Made by a program: the position numbers and the translations under genes
Part shown: positions 1 to 8,991 of the stretch, one piece after another
Position numbering within the stretch: position 1 is the stretch's first letter
Layout of the letters: every line of letters starts with the position of its first letter
Notes under the pieces: generated by a model
Told to the model about the DNA's origin: nothing
The model's input: only the letters and a program-made list of their open reading frames with translations
Database searches by the model: none
From: a virus
Taxonomy: Duplodnaviria > Caudoviricetes
IMG/VR virus record: IMGVR_UViG_3300032282_004026
Coordinates: 1-63,608 of that record
Direction: 5' to 3' (one strand)
Length of the DNA stretch: 63,608 nt

Positions 1-256
1 AGATATAATTCTGCATTGACGAGTCAACTAGAAAGTCGTCGGTTAATAGATCATAAGTAATTTGATCTCCTGGCAATGCAATATTAGTAAGTGGGTTTGC
101 TTGCATAATATCACCAAGATACATCTGAGGCAAGGTAACCTCTTGACAGAAGTAAGTCAATGATGGAAGTTTCTCAATACTAAACTTAAATCCATTAGGT
201 GAAAGTGGATTTAAATTACTTGGAAACGGACAAGCTGAGATAATGTTTTGTGCCAT
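1..256 (-). CDS. gp3: Tail completion / sheath stabiliser gp3-like (3' end truncated by window)
   Basis: Not in the ORF track. Manual translation from ATG at 256: MAQNIISACPFPSNLNPLSPNGFKFSIEKLPSLTYFCQEVTLPQMYLG...PGDQITYDLL..FLVD..MQNY, the T4 gp3-family signature. Follows gp23 as in cyanomyophages. Confidence 0.88.
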   Translation of the reverse strand, partial: MAQNIISACPFPSNLNPLSPNGFKFSIEKLPSLTYFCQEVTLPQMYLGDIMQANPLTNIALPGDQITYDLLTDDFLVDSSMQNYI

Positions 257-261
257 ATGAT

Positions 262-269
262 TATTTATA
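262..269 (-). promoter_or_regulatory. T4-type late promoter TATAAATA upstream of gp3
   Basis: Exact TATAAATA on - strand, immediately after the gp23 terminator and 5 nt before the gp3 ATG. Confidence 0.85.
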
Positions 270-272
270 TAC

Positions 273-299
273 AAAAAAAAGGGGATCCGAAGATCCCCT
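273..299 (-). terminator. Rho-independent terminator after gp23 (UUCG tetraloop)
   Basis: - strand GGGGATC-TTCG-GATCCCC followed by a T8 tract; cUUCGg loops are typical of T4-like phages. Confidence 0.92.
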
Positions 300-301
300 G
301 T

Positions 302-320
302 AAAAAACCCGTTAGGGTTT
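302..320 (-). terminator. Second, weaker hairpin just after the gp23 stop
   Basis: - strand AAACCC-TAAC-GGGTTT followed by TTT. Confidence 0.5.
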
Positions 321-330
321 GACCACCTAA

Positions 331-1605
331 TTACATTAGGTTGGTAACTGCTACCTTGCGATAGTAGATGTTTGTGCCAGAAGACATGCTGGTGAATGGG
401 TTTGCAACCATACCATAACGTGTCTTGAAACCAATCTTTGGTTGGAATGTTGCTGGGTCAACAGCACGTACTTTCTCTAGTGGAACGTATGGGCAGTAGA
501 ATAGACCAGCATCATATGCTGAAGTTCCTTTGTAACCAACAACGAAGTATTGGGTAGCATTAGAAGCGTTAGCATTTGCAGAATATGGATCAACATAAAC
601 TTTGTACTTGCCGTTTAGAACACCAGCGAAAGTGGTGCTTGCTTCGTCAACGTTTAAGTTGTTACCAGCAAGAGCTGGAGCGTAATCAAGAACACCAGCC
701 ATAGCTAAAGCACTTGCAACGTCTGCAGAGCAGATGATGAAGTTACCGCGGCCACGACGTGTTGTTTGAGCGATAGCGTTAGCTTCACGTTCGATTTGGA
801 ACATTAGGCCCTTGAATTTCTCAACAGACCAACGACCGTTAGAATCAACGTCTAGGTCAAAGGTACCAGCAGTAGCTGTACCTGCTTGTGCACCAGCCTT
901 AGCAGCTGTGTATACAGTACGAACAACTTCACGGTTGATTTCACCAAGAATTTCTGTTGAAAGAATATTGCTTAGTTCACCTTCAGCGTCAAGACCATGA
1001 ACTGCTTTTAAGTCTTGTGCTAATTCAACTGTGTATTCTGCACGTAGAGCACGTGTTTTAGCAGTAACAGTTGTCTTCTCGATTGAGAATGCCATTTGAC
1101 CGAATGCAACTGAATCACCTAGGTTTTCAGCGTTAGCTGTAGTGATACCAGTACCAGTTGTGTAAGTACCATCAACTGGGTTAGAACCAGCATGTGTACC
1201 TGTACCAGAGAAGTCTGTATCTGCTTCGTTGAAAAGAGCTTCTGTACCGCCTTGAGTAGCGTAACGGCTCTTCATTGCGAAGATAAGACCTGTAGGTTGT
1301 GTCATTGGCTGAACACCAGCGATATCATAAGCGATAAGCTGTGGAGCTGCACGACGAACTAATGCGATAAGAACTGGATCGTAACCAGCCATGTTTGCGT
1401 TTGTACCAGCACCACCAAGAGCAATACCGTCACCGCCAATGTTAGCGATTTCGTTAAGTGCTTGTGCTGATTGCTGCATAGCTTTTTCTTGGTTCTCAAG
1501 AAGCTGTGCAGTTACTTGTTTGCGATAGTCATCTTTAATAGATGGTGCGGTTTCCGATTCTAGGATCGGACCCCATTTTTTAACTAACTCTGGACGTGTA
1601 GTCAT
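331..1605 (-). CDS. gp23: Major capsid protein
   Basis: DPVLIALVRR, GVQPMTQPTGLIFAMKSRY, ELAQDLKAVHGLDAE, YDAGLFYCPYVPL and FQPKIGFKTRYG motifs. Confidence 0.98.
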   Translation of the reverse strand: MTTRPELVKKWGPILESETAPSIKDDYRKQVTAQLLENQEKAMQQSAQALNEIANIGGDGIALGGAGTNANMAGYDPVLIALVRRAAPQLIAYDIAGVQPMTQPTGLIFAMKSRYATQGGTEALFNEADTDFSGTGTHAGSNPVDGTYTTGTGITTANAENLGDSVAFGQMAFSIEKTTVTAKTRALRAEYTVELAQDLKAVHGLDAEGELSNILSTEILGEINREVVRTVYTAAKAGAQAGTATAGTFDLDVDSNGRWSVEKFKGLMFQIEREANAIAQTTRRGRGNFIICSADVASALAMAGVLDYAPALAGNNLNVDEASTTFAGVLNGKYKVYVDPYSANANASNATQYFVVGYKGTSAYDAGLFYCPYVPLEKVRAVDPATFQPKIGFKTRYGMVANPFTSMSSGTNIYYRKVAVTNLM

Positions 1606-1629
1606 TTTTGTTTTCCTTTAAGTGGATGT

Positions 1630-2517
1630 TTACTTATTACCAAGTGCTTTAAGATAACCGGCCATTACTGGATCAACGATTTTTTCTTCTTCTAAATGCA
1701 CTGGCTCATCGGTTACAACTGATGTAACAGTTGTGGTAACCTTCTTACCAAAATAATTTTCTTTGATGGTTTGAAGTTTTGTCTTGAAAGATTCAGCATC
1801 ATCATATGCAAGTTCTTCAGCTAAGCCTTTAAACTTCTCTGCATCTGTATCAGCCATACCAGTCGAGAATTCTGCAATCTCTGCAACACGCTTCATTTCG
1901 TTGATCTGTTTTGTTAGTTCAACGTTAGTAGCTAATTGCTCGTCAAGCTTAGACTTGGTAGTCTCAACTTGTTCTTGCATATCAGTTAATACATCGAACT
2001 TTTCTTCTGGAACATCGATGTAGTGTTGCTCGAATACATCCTTCATGCCAGCAATAAAGCTTTCCATGATTTCTGTCTTCATACCATTTTCAAGGGCAAG
2101 TTCATTATCTGTCATCCACTGCTCAACTACGTAGTTGAGATATCCATCAACTTTTTCGACAAGACCCTCTTTGATTGACTCAACTTGCTCTGCAAGTTTT
2201 GCATCAAACGCTTCTTCAAGTTTAGCAGCTTCCTGCTTAACTCTACCAAGAACAGCTGCTTCAAAAATAGTAGCTGCCTTAGTTTTAAATTCTTCTGTAA
2301 GATCTTCACCGTTAATTAGAGCTGCAACGTCTTCTGAAACGTCAACGGTGATTTCTTCTTTAACTTCAGTAGTAACTACTTCTTCAGTCTTTACTTCTTC
2401 GGTTTGTACTTCTTCAGAAACTACTTCTTCAGTAGTTACTTCTTCTGTGCTTACTTCTTCTGCCTTTAGCTTTTTAGACTCTGCTAAAAGCTCAGCAATT
2501 TTTTGTTCGATAGACAT
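1630..2517 (-). CDS. gp22: Prohead core scaffold protein
   Basis: Acidic coiled coil with LTEEFKTKAATIFEAA and YLNYVVEQW motifs; lies between gp21 and gp23. Confidence 0.93.
   Translation of the reverse strand: MSIEQKIAELLAESKKLKAEEVSTEEVTTEEVVSEEVQTEEVKTEEVVTTEVKEEITVDVSEDVAALINGEDLTEEFKTKAATIFEAAVLGRVKQEAAKLEEAFDAKLAEQVESIKEGLVEKVDGYLNYVVEQWMTDNELALENGMKTEIMESFIAGMKDVFEQHYIDVPEEKFDVLTDMQEQVETTKSKLDEQLATNVELTKQINEMKRVAEIAEFSTGMADTDAEKFKGLAEELAYDDAESFKTKLQTIKENYFGKKVTTTVTSVVTDEPVHLEEEKIVDPVMAGYLKALGNK
2356..2460 (-). repeat. Degenerate 15-bp coding tandem repeat (EEVxT) in the gp22 N-terminus
   Basis: EEVSTEEVTTEEVVSEEVQTEEVKTEEVVTTEVKEE; recurring acttcttc units. Confidence 0.75.
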
Positions 2518-2550
2518 CGTTTTCTCCTAATAACTGGATGAGTTCTTAAT

Positions 2551-2566
2551 TATTTATTTATTTATT
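2551..2566 (-). promoter_or_regulatory. Late promoter variant AATAAATA upstream of gp22
   Basis: Overlapping AATAAATA copies in the gp21-gp22 gap, with AGGAG SD downstream. Confidence 0.6.
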
Positions 2567-3218
2567 ATTTCAGATTCTTTAGAAAATTCTGAAAAGCCGC
2601 GATAGAGGCTTCAGTTAATCTCTTAGATGGAGTACGCTGAATAAATTTCTTAGTATCCTCTATCTGTCTTTGCTCAAATTTTCCATCAACAAAAACCCAT
2701 TCCACCGACTCCATAATACCTCTTACGAAAGCATCGGGAGCAGAAGGGTCGGCGACGATGTCCGCTGCTGTTGACAACATAAAATCGTCTTGAACAACTT
2801 GAATTCCTTCTTTATTCATTTGAAGAGATCCAAGAGCTCTACTAGAAACACCTAAATTAGCACCACCGTCAAGAAGACCGCGTGCAATATTACCCATAGG
2901 TGTTTCTAGAATTTTTGCCTTACCAATGTAGTTAGTACCTTCTTTACGAAGATCTACAATAAGGTGAGATACGCGATCCAAATTAATGGATGGGTTATCT
3001 GGGTGGCCAAGTTCACCATATGCACGGTTTGTCTTAACCAATGATTCCATATAACGGCCAACTTCTTTATCCATAACATGTTCTGGATACATACGGCCAT
3101 TACGGTTCTTTAATTCTGATTGAAGGAATACACCTTCAATGAAGTACTGCTTACCTTTGCCGAGTTTTTCTTCGACAATAAAGCTAGTTGTTTCTGTTAC
3201 TTCGCGGATTAATTTCAT
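2565..3218 (-). CDS. gp21: Prohead protease
   Basis: NRNGRMYP, GELGHP, GVSSRALGSL and ADIVADPSAPDAFV motifs. Confidence 0.97.
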   Translation of the reverse strand: MKLIREVTETTSFIVEEKLGKGKQYFIEGVFLQSELKNRNGRMYPEHVMDKEVGRYMESLVKTNRAYGELGHPDNPSINLDRVSHLIVDLRKEGTNYIGKAKILETPMGNIARGLLDGGANLGVSSRALGSLQMNKEGIQVVQDDFMLSTAADIVADPSAPDAFVRGIMESVEWVFVDGKFEQRQIEDTKKFIQRTPSKRLTEASIAAFQNFLKNLK

Positions 3219-3219
3219 A

Positions 3220-3648
3220 TTAGCTTCCTACTACGTTTGGATTGTCATAAGAACCAAAGGTTGCATCTTCAATCTTACTGCTCCAACCCTTTAGCTTGTG
3301 AAGAACTATCCAACCACTTACATCCTTTGCAGCACTGTTTATGATAGCGATATCATAAGTATTGTCATTATTTACTGGAATTCCGAGTGCATTAAACTCT
3401 ACGTTCATATCATTTTCTGGTGCTGTTACGATAACAATCTTACTATTACGAGAAATAATAACCTTTGAACCTAATTCACCAGTGCAAATAAACTTAGCAA
3501 TGTTTACTTGCGGAGCATCTGAGTTTCTTGCTTGAGTTGCTGCTGCTAAATTAGCTAGTGTTACAGTTCCTGTTTCCGCGGCACTAGAAGCAAAATGAAT
3601 CACTATTTCATTGTTAGTGTTCTTGACAGTCGTTAGTGTCATTGCCAT
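3220..3648 (-). CDS. Hypothetical beta-rich protein in the head module
   Basis: Clean ORF with AAGGA SD, packed between neighbours; no family recognised. Confidence 0.7.
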   Translation of the reverse strand: MAMTLTTVKNTNNEIVIHFASSAAETGTVTLANLAAATQARNSDAPQVNIAKFICTGELGSKVIISRNSKIVIVTAPENDMNVEFNALGIPVNNDNTYDIAIINSAAKDVSGWIVLHKLKGWSSKIEDATFGSYDNPNVVGS

Positions 3649-3650
3649 TT

Positions 3651-4193
3651 TTATTCCTTTATTCTTCTAATAAGATGCATGAAATTCTCTTTAGACTCAC
3701 GCATATATTCTATTATCTGATATTTATCTTTAAGTAATGTATTCAAAAGACGCTGTGTATCTTCATCAATTGCTACAATACTACCATCATCTAATTTATA
3801 TTCTAACTTACCTACAAAATTAGAAGTAGTATTTTGTTTAATATCTGTTATAACTGGATCAATTGAAAAAATATTAGAAGAAGCAAGCTCAATATATGAC
3901 TCTACTAATGTATCTGTAATCTTTTCTATATCGTGATATTTGCGAATTAAATTTGCTATCTTTTCTTCAGGTATTAGAGTATCTACTTTTTCTAGTATCT
4001 TCGAATTATCAATGTATCTCTTAATGTATGAGCTTGCTTCTTCTAATGTTTTTACATTAGATTTAATTAATTCTTCATTAACATAGATACTTAAATCTTT
4101 GAAGATAACAACATGCTGTTCTTGATATTTAAAGCTATCAAGAATACCCGTTGTTTCTGCAATGTTAGACTTAAGTTTGCTCAGTGTTAACAT
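3651..4193 (-). CDS. Hypothetical protein at the gp68 position
   Basis: ORF overlaps the gp67-like gene; position only. Confidence 0.6.
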   Translation of the reverse strand: MLTLSKLKSNIAETTGILDSFKYQEQHVVIFKDLSIYVNEELIKSNVKTLEEASSYIKRYIDNSKILEKVDTLIPEEKIANLIRKYHDIEKITDTLVESYIELASSNIFSIDPVITDIKQNTTSNFVGKLEYKLDDGSIVAIDEDTQRLLNTLLKDKYQIIEYMRESKENFMHLIRRIKE

Positions 4194-4362
4194 CTTCTTC
4201 TGCGTTTGGTTGTTCTTCTTGTTTAACGAACATCTTTTGAGCTACCTGTACTCTATAATCATCTAAAGCTTTAGATACTCTTTGAGACATTGCTGTGTTA
4301 AAGCTATCTTCGATAGCGATAGAATCGCCGGCAATTAATGCATCTACTAATTCACGTGTCAT
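4171..4362 (-). CDS. gp67: Small prohead core protein, gp67-like
   Basis: 63 aa, ELVDALIAGD...F..AM..RV..ALD....VA..MF pattern; ATGA overlap with the portal stop. Confidence 0.65.
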   Translation of the reverse strand: MTRELVDALIAGDSIAIEDSFNTAMSQRVSKALDDYRVQVAQKMFVKQEEQPNAEEDVNTEQT

Positions 4363-5888
4363 TGTTTTGGTGCTCCTGCTTCAATTTGGTTTTGGACATC
4401 CCCTTGAAGTCTTTGCTTCATTAGTTCGTCCTGCATCATCTGTTGATTATGTTCTTCGTTCTCGGAATCCATTTCAGCAATCTCTTCATCTGATAAACGA
4501 AGAACATGCTTCTTAATATATGTTGGAGAATAATACTTGCCAACGAATGGATCCATAGTTGCAAGTAAGTTCATTCTTGCTTGCATAATCTCTGAGTCTT
4601 TGATTTCAGCGAAGTGGTTATCCTTCATAAAATCAAATCTAATATCTTTAACTAAGACATCCCAATCATCAAGAGTAATAATACCTTTAAGAATTAATTG
4701 AGTCTTAAGTGCATCAAGGAATAAGTTAGAAAACTTCTTACGAATTCTTTGAACAAACTTAGTAAATTTGATTTCATCACGATTAATTTCTGATGAACGC
4801 CCGAGATTAAATGTGCTGTCGGATTTTAAACGACTAGCTGGCACGTTAAGTGCTTGATATAATTTATCTTGGAAGTATTCGATATCTTCGATCTGTCCAA
4901 GTGTTTGGCCGCCTGGAAGTGTGGTTATCTCCGTGCCTTTACCACCCTCACGACGAGGCATCCAAAAATCTTCCATAAGAGACATATGCTTACGATCATC
5001 TCTTACTTCGCCCGTAGTAGCATCATATACTACTTTATTACGGAACTTATTCATAATATCGTTAACGTATTGTTCAGCTTTTTGCTTTGGTAAGTTACCT
5101 ACGTCAACATAGAATATTCTACGTTCTGGTGCACGGCTAATACGATAGATGACAAGAGCGTCTTCCATCATCTTTAACTGATTAACAATCTTAATTGCTT
5201 TATGCAAATAAGATAACATCATGCCAGAATTCTGATCTAAAACGCCAGAGCCAGTATAAATGATAGAATCAATAGGAAGCTTAATGCCTTGTGTATTTGC
5301 TTCTGTAATACCTTTGTCATTATAGATGTAGAATTCTTCTATCTTCTTAATGACTTCAACACCTTGTTGATTCTTTTCTTTAGTAACGTTTTTAATTCTA
5401 CGAATTTTACGTGGATCTACCTGACGTAATTCAACGATACCATCTCTAGGATTCTTATCATCTACTAAAATTTGATAATATAAACGACCATCGATATACC
5501 AATTTCTAAATATATCATGACCGCGTTGTTCAAACTTTAATAAGTCAATAACTGTTTTAAATTCTTCTCTAATCTTATTCTTAATAGATTCAGAAACTTT
5601 TACGTCTTCGAGAACGATCTCAACTGGTGGACCATCCTCATCTGCTACAATAGCTTCGTTAGTTAAATCATCAATTGCACTATCACAATCTGGATACTGA
5701 GATATTTCACGATATCTGCGAATCAAATCGTTTTCGTTTTTTACAATCGTGTCTAGGTTCATTACTTGCGCGTAATAACCCGCCGCAGCAGACGTTATAA
5801 TAGTAGATCCATCATCTGCTGCTGGACTTACTACCGATTGCTGCTGCGGTGTTTTCTTTCGCTGTATTTCAAAACCAAAAACTTGCAT
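4359..5888 (-). CDS. gp20: Portal vertex protein
   Basis: NQLKMMEDALVIYRISRAPERRIFYVDVGNLPK, EDFWMPRREGGKGTEITTLPGG. Confidence 0.98.
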   Translation of the reverse strand: MQVFGFEIQRKKTPQQQSVVSPAADDGSTIITSAAAGYYAQVMNLDTIVKNENDLIRRYREISQYPDCDSAIDDLTNEAIVADEDGPPVEIVLEDVKVSESIKNKIREEFKTVIDLLKFEQRGHDIFRNWYIDGRLYYQILVDDKNPRDGIVELRQVDPRKIRRIKNVTKEKNQQGVEVIKKIEEFYIYNDKGITEANTQGIKLPIDSIIYTGSGVLDQNSGMMLSYLHKAIKIVNQLKMMEDALVIYRISRAPERRIFYVDVGNLPKQKAEQYVNDIMNKFRNKVVYDATTGEVRDDRKHMSLMEDFWMPRREGGKGTEITTLPGGQTLGQIEDIEYFQDKLYQALNVPASRLKSDSTFNLGRSSEINRDEIKFTKFVQRIRKKFSNLFLDALKTQLILKGIITLDDWDVLVKDIRFDFMKDNHFAEIKDSEIMQARMNLLATMDPFVGKYYSPTYIKKHVLRLSDEEIAEMDSENEEHNQQMMQDELMKQRLQGDVQNQIEAGAPKQ

Positions 5889-5908
5889 TATATATTTACC
5901 TTAAATTA

Positions 5909-6502
5909 TTAACCACCGATAGGGAACGAACCGATTGGAGTATCGATAGATACGTTAACTCCAAATGGGGTTCCACTAGCTGTATTAGATACCCAATAAT
6001 TGTAAGTAAATGTTATGTCAAAAGTTTCAACGGTGTTTGCTTGATCAAAGTCAAGAGCAATTGCGCCAATTTCTGTTGGGTATGCATCAACAAACTTATA
6101 AGTTTTTACTGTAGCGCCATTGCGATCTAATTGGTGAACTAATAGATCTACTTGATAATCACGTGGATTTACACGACCATTAGTAGAAGCTAAATTCTGA
6201 ACTCCATCAGACCACTGTTCCATAGCGTTACGGATTGCAAAATCTGTATCGTTATAGACTGTGATAGACCAAGGTGTGAATGTACGCTCACCAGCAATGT
6301 TTACTGCACGGCCACGGTATTGAATTGGCACATTTTCCACCATTGAAGCTGGAAGTTGTGCAGCCTTACATAAGAATTGTGTCTTAAGACCAACGATTGG
6401 TCCTGCAGATACGTATGTAGGGAATGATAACTCTACTCTAAATTGGTTGGCACGAGCTCCACCACCAATTAGCTGAGCCTTAAAATCTGAAATGTTAGCC
6501 AT
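5909..6502 (-). CDS. gp19: Tail tube protein
   Basis: GGARANQF, FLCKAAQLP, AGERTF.PW.ITVYNDTDF.IR..ME.W motifs. Confidence 0.96.
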   Translation of the reverse strand: MANISDFKAQLIGGGARANQFRVELSFPTYVSAGPIVGLKTQFLCKAAQLPASMVENVPIQYRGRAVNIAGERTFTPWSITVYNDTDFAIRNAMEQWSDGVQNLASTNGRVNPRDYQVDLLVHQLDRNGATVKTYKFVDAYPTEIGAIALDFDQANTVETFDITFTYNYWVSNTASGTPFGVNVSIDTPIGSFPIGG

Positions 6503-6527
6503 TAACGACTCCTTAAAATTCTTTTAA

Positions 6528-6535
6528 TATTTATA
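6528..6535 (-). promoter_or_regulatory. Late promoter TATAAATA upstream of gp19
   Basis: Exact consensus, followed by AGGAG SD and ATG. Confidence 0.85.
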
Positions 6536-6537
6536 GG

Positions 6538-6563
6538 ATTGGCGGGAGGTTAATCCCGCCAAT
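6538..6563. terminator. Perfect 10-bp hairpin between gp18 and gp19
   Basis: ATTGGCGGGA-ggttaa-TCCCGCCAAT; a T-tract follows only on the + strand. Confidence 0.6.
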
Positions 6564-6567
6564 TTTA

Positions 6568-8934
6568 TCAGGCACCAATTTCTTCAAAGCTTACACTAGA
6601 ACGTGCAGCAATAAAGTTTAGAGTGATGAAGTTGATAGAGCGGTTTGGTTTGATAAAGATATCAGCAACAAACTCGTTACTATCAATAACTTGTCCAGTG
6701 TTATTGGTTTCATCGCACTTAACACGGAAGTCTGTTACACCACGGCGGCCTTGAACATCGCGTAAGAATGGTTCTACTAGATTTCTAAACTGAGCGCGAG
6801 TGAATGTATCGTTGAATTCGAACATTTGATACTTAGCAGCAGTAGCAATAGATTTTTCTAGAACAATGAATAGACGACGTACGTTGATACGATCGAATGC
6901 ACTTGGTTTACGCTGCATTGTCTTATCACCATAAAGGATAGTACCTTGTCCTGGGAATGATACTACTGGGTTAACACCAATACCGTATAATACATCACGG
7001 TCTGATTGACTTGGATTGAATGCTAGTTTAACAACATTCTTAATTTGTCCACGGTTGAAACCACCTGGAGAGAACCAAGGATCAGCAGTGTAATCTGTAC
7101 GAGCACATAGACCAGCGATATCGCCGTTTAGTGGAACATACCAGTAAGCGTCATTGTAACGATCATACTGATACTTAAATCCAGAATCCATTACAGCATA
7201 AGAAGTATCTAAGCTTGTAGCATCACGGTAAGTAGCAATTGCATCGGTTGCAGCTGAACCCATTCCAGTGATTGCACTTCCATCTGTATTTCTTGGAGAT
7301 ACGAATACAACACAATCTCTACGTACTTCTGCAACGTTATCTACGATGAATTTTGCAGTAGAAGCTGAAACGCTACCAGTAGGAATTAGAGAAATATCAT
7401 ACTGATCAGTATTAGCAAACAACGTATAAGCTGTTTGGATGTTTCCTTCTGTAGAAGCAAAATCATCTACACCACCAGAAAGAGTATAATCTAATTGCGT
7501 ATCTGCTACAGCAAGTGTCCAAGCAGTGGCAGTTCTTACTAAACTTGAACTTGATCCCCAGGTTGGCTTAGTTACAGAAGTAATAATACCGCCAGAAGTA
7601 ATAGTTTCTTGTGTTGGAGTTTCCAATATACTAATTACATAGCCTGTTGGAGTATCTACAGTACCTTGACGAGAAACTGAAACTACTGTGTATGTAGCAT
7701 TATTAGCATTAGTTCCGCTAATAGTAATTTGACGACCGTGACTTATAACGCCACGGTCGTTAGTGTAAACTCTCTCTTTATCTGGAGCTGCATCAAAGAA
7801 TGTCTTATAAGCTTCAAGATTTGTAAAACTTCCAGCAGCAACTACTGTAATAGTTTTAGCATTAGCAGAAATAACCATAGCTGATCCAGCAACAGCATTA
7901 ACTGCTGTAGATGCAGGCTCTGATAGTTGTAATGTAGATGGGTGATCCATCCACCATACGTACTTAGATTGTGAATTGATTACGGATTTGTAATAGTTAT
8001 TAGATCCATCAGTCTTCTTAGCATCAGATAACTTAGATAAGAAGCTATACTTTTCTAATACTGCGCCAGCTTGACCGCTGAAGTCTCCTCTTGAATTATC
8101 TAAAACTACAATATGAACTTCATCATTTGTTATTGCATATTGAAGTGCATATGCTGAAGTGCCTGGAGGTGATGAGAATAGGGATCTAATATTTGCAGGT
8201 GCACCTGCAAAATTACCTCTATCTAACATAACTACTCTAACGCCATTTCCTTTTTCGCCTGCAAACTTAGCAGCAAATGGACCAACAACACCAGCACCAT
8301 CTGAGAATGCTGCAAGATAATTGGTGATGTTTTTAATCTTTACGCCAGAAGTAGTTAATCCTATAACACGTGCAGTTGCTGCTGTACCAGATGCTGGTGC
8401 AGCAATTGTAATAGTAGGAGCAGCAGTATACCCACTACCTACATTAGTAAGAGTAATGCCGGTGATTGTACGAGTTGTAACGCTATTCTCGGTAGTATCC
8501 GTATAAGTTACTGTAGCAGTAGCTCTAATACCTCCAGTAATATTAGGTGCACTAATAGTTACTACTGGAACTTCACCGCCAGTTCCTGATGCATAACCTG
8601 AACCAGGACTAACTAATTGAATATTAGCTTGCTCTAGTGATCCAGATTTAACTGCTACCGCATTTCTAAGAAGTGGGGCATCTGCACGAGAAACGTACAA
8701 GCTATTAGTATAAGCTAAAAAGTTAGCTGCTGTGAAAAATGATGAATAGTTTGAACGTGTTGGTTGACCAAAACGGCTAACTAATTCAGTCTCTGAAGAA
8801 ATTCTAACTGGATCTTCAATTGGACCCCAAGCAAATGGTCCAGCGAAGGCTCCAGCCGAAGAAGAAACTGCTGGCACGATTGAAGAAAAATCTTTTTCTA
8901 CAACGGCTACTCCTGGGCTTAGTTGAAAAGGCAT
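6568..8934 (-). CDS. gp18: Tail sheath protein with extra inserted domains
   Basis: MPFQLSPGV start (AGGAG SD, ATG 8934 preferred over 8958); PWFSPGGFNRG, AFDRINVRRLF, IKPNRSINFITLNF. Confidence 0.97.
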   Translation of the reverse strand: MPFQLSPGVAVVEKDFSSIVPAVSSSAGAFAGPFAWGPIEDPVRISSETELVSRFGQPTRSNYSSFFTAANFLAYTNSLYVSRADAPLLRNAVAVKSGSLEQANIQLVSPGSGYASGTGGEVPVVTISAPNITGGIRATATVTYTDTTENSVTTRTITGITLTNVGSGYTAAPTITIAAPASGTAATARVIGLTTSGVKIKNITNYLAAFSDGAGVVGPFAAKFAGEKGNGVRVVMLDRGNFAGAPANIRSLFSSPPGTSAYALQYAITNDEVHIVVLDNSRGDFSGQAGAVLEKYSFLSKLSDAKKTDGSNNYYKSVINSQSKYVWWMDHPSTLQLSEPASTAVNAVAGSAMVISANAKTITVVAAGSFTNLEAYKTFFDAAPDKERVYTNDRGVISHGRQITISGTNANNATYTVVSVSRQGTVDTPTGYVISILETPTQETITSGGIITSVTKPTWGSSSSLVRTATAWTLAVADTQLDYTLSGGVDDFASTEGNIQTAYTLFANTDQYDISLIPTGSVSASTAKFIVDNVAEVRRDCVVFVSPRNTDGSAITGMGSAATDAIATYRDATSLDTSYAVMDSGFKYQYDRYNDAYWYVPLNGDIAGLCARTDYTADPWFSPGGFNRGQIKNVVKLAFNPSQSDRDVLYGIGVNPVVSFPGQGTILYGDKTMQRKPSAFDRINVRRLFIVLEKSIATAAKYQMFEFNDTFTRAQFRNLVEPFLRDVQGRRGVTDFRVKCDETNNTGQVIDSNEFVADIFIKPNRSINFITLNFIAARSSVSFEEIGA

Positions 8935-8983
8935 GTTGAAACTCCTGTTATTATACAAATAAACATCTTCTGATGTCTATCTT

Positions 8984-8991
8984 TATTTATC
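8984..8991 (-). promoter_or_regulatory. Possible late promoter GATAAATA upstream of gp18
   Basis: NATAAATA overlapping the gp17 stop, followed by a small hairpin ATAGACATC-AGAA-GATGTTTAT. Confidence 0.45.
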
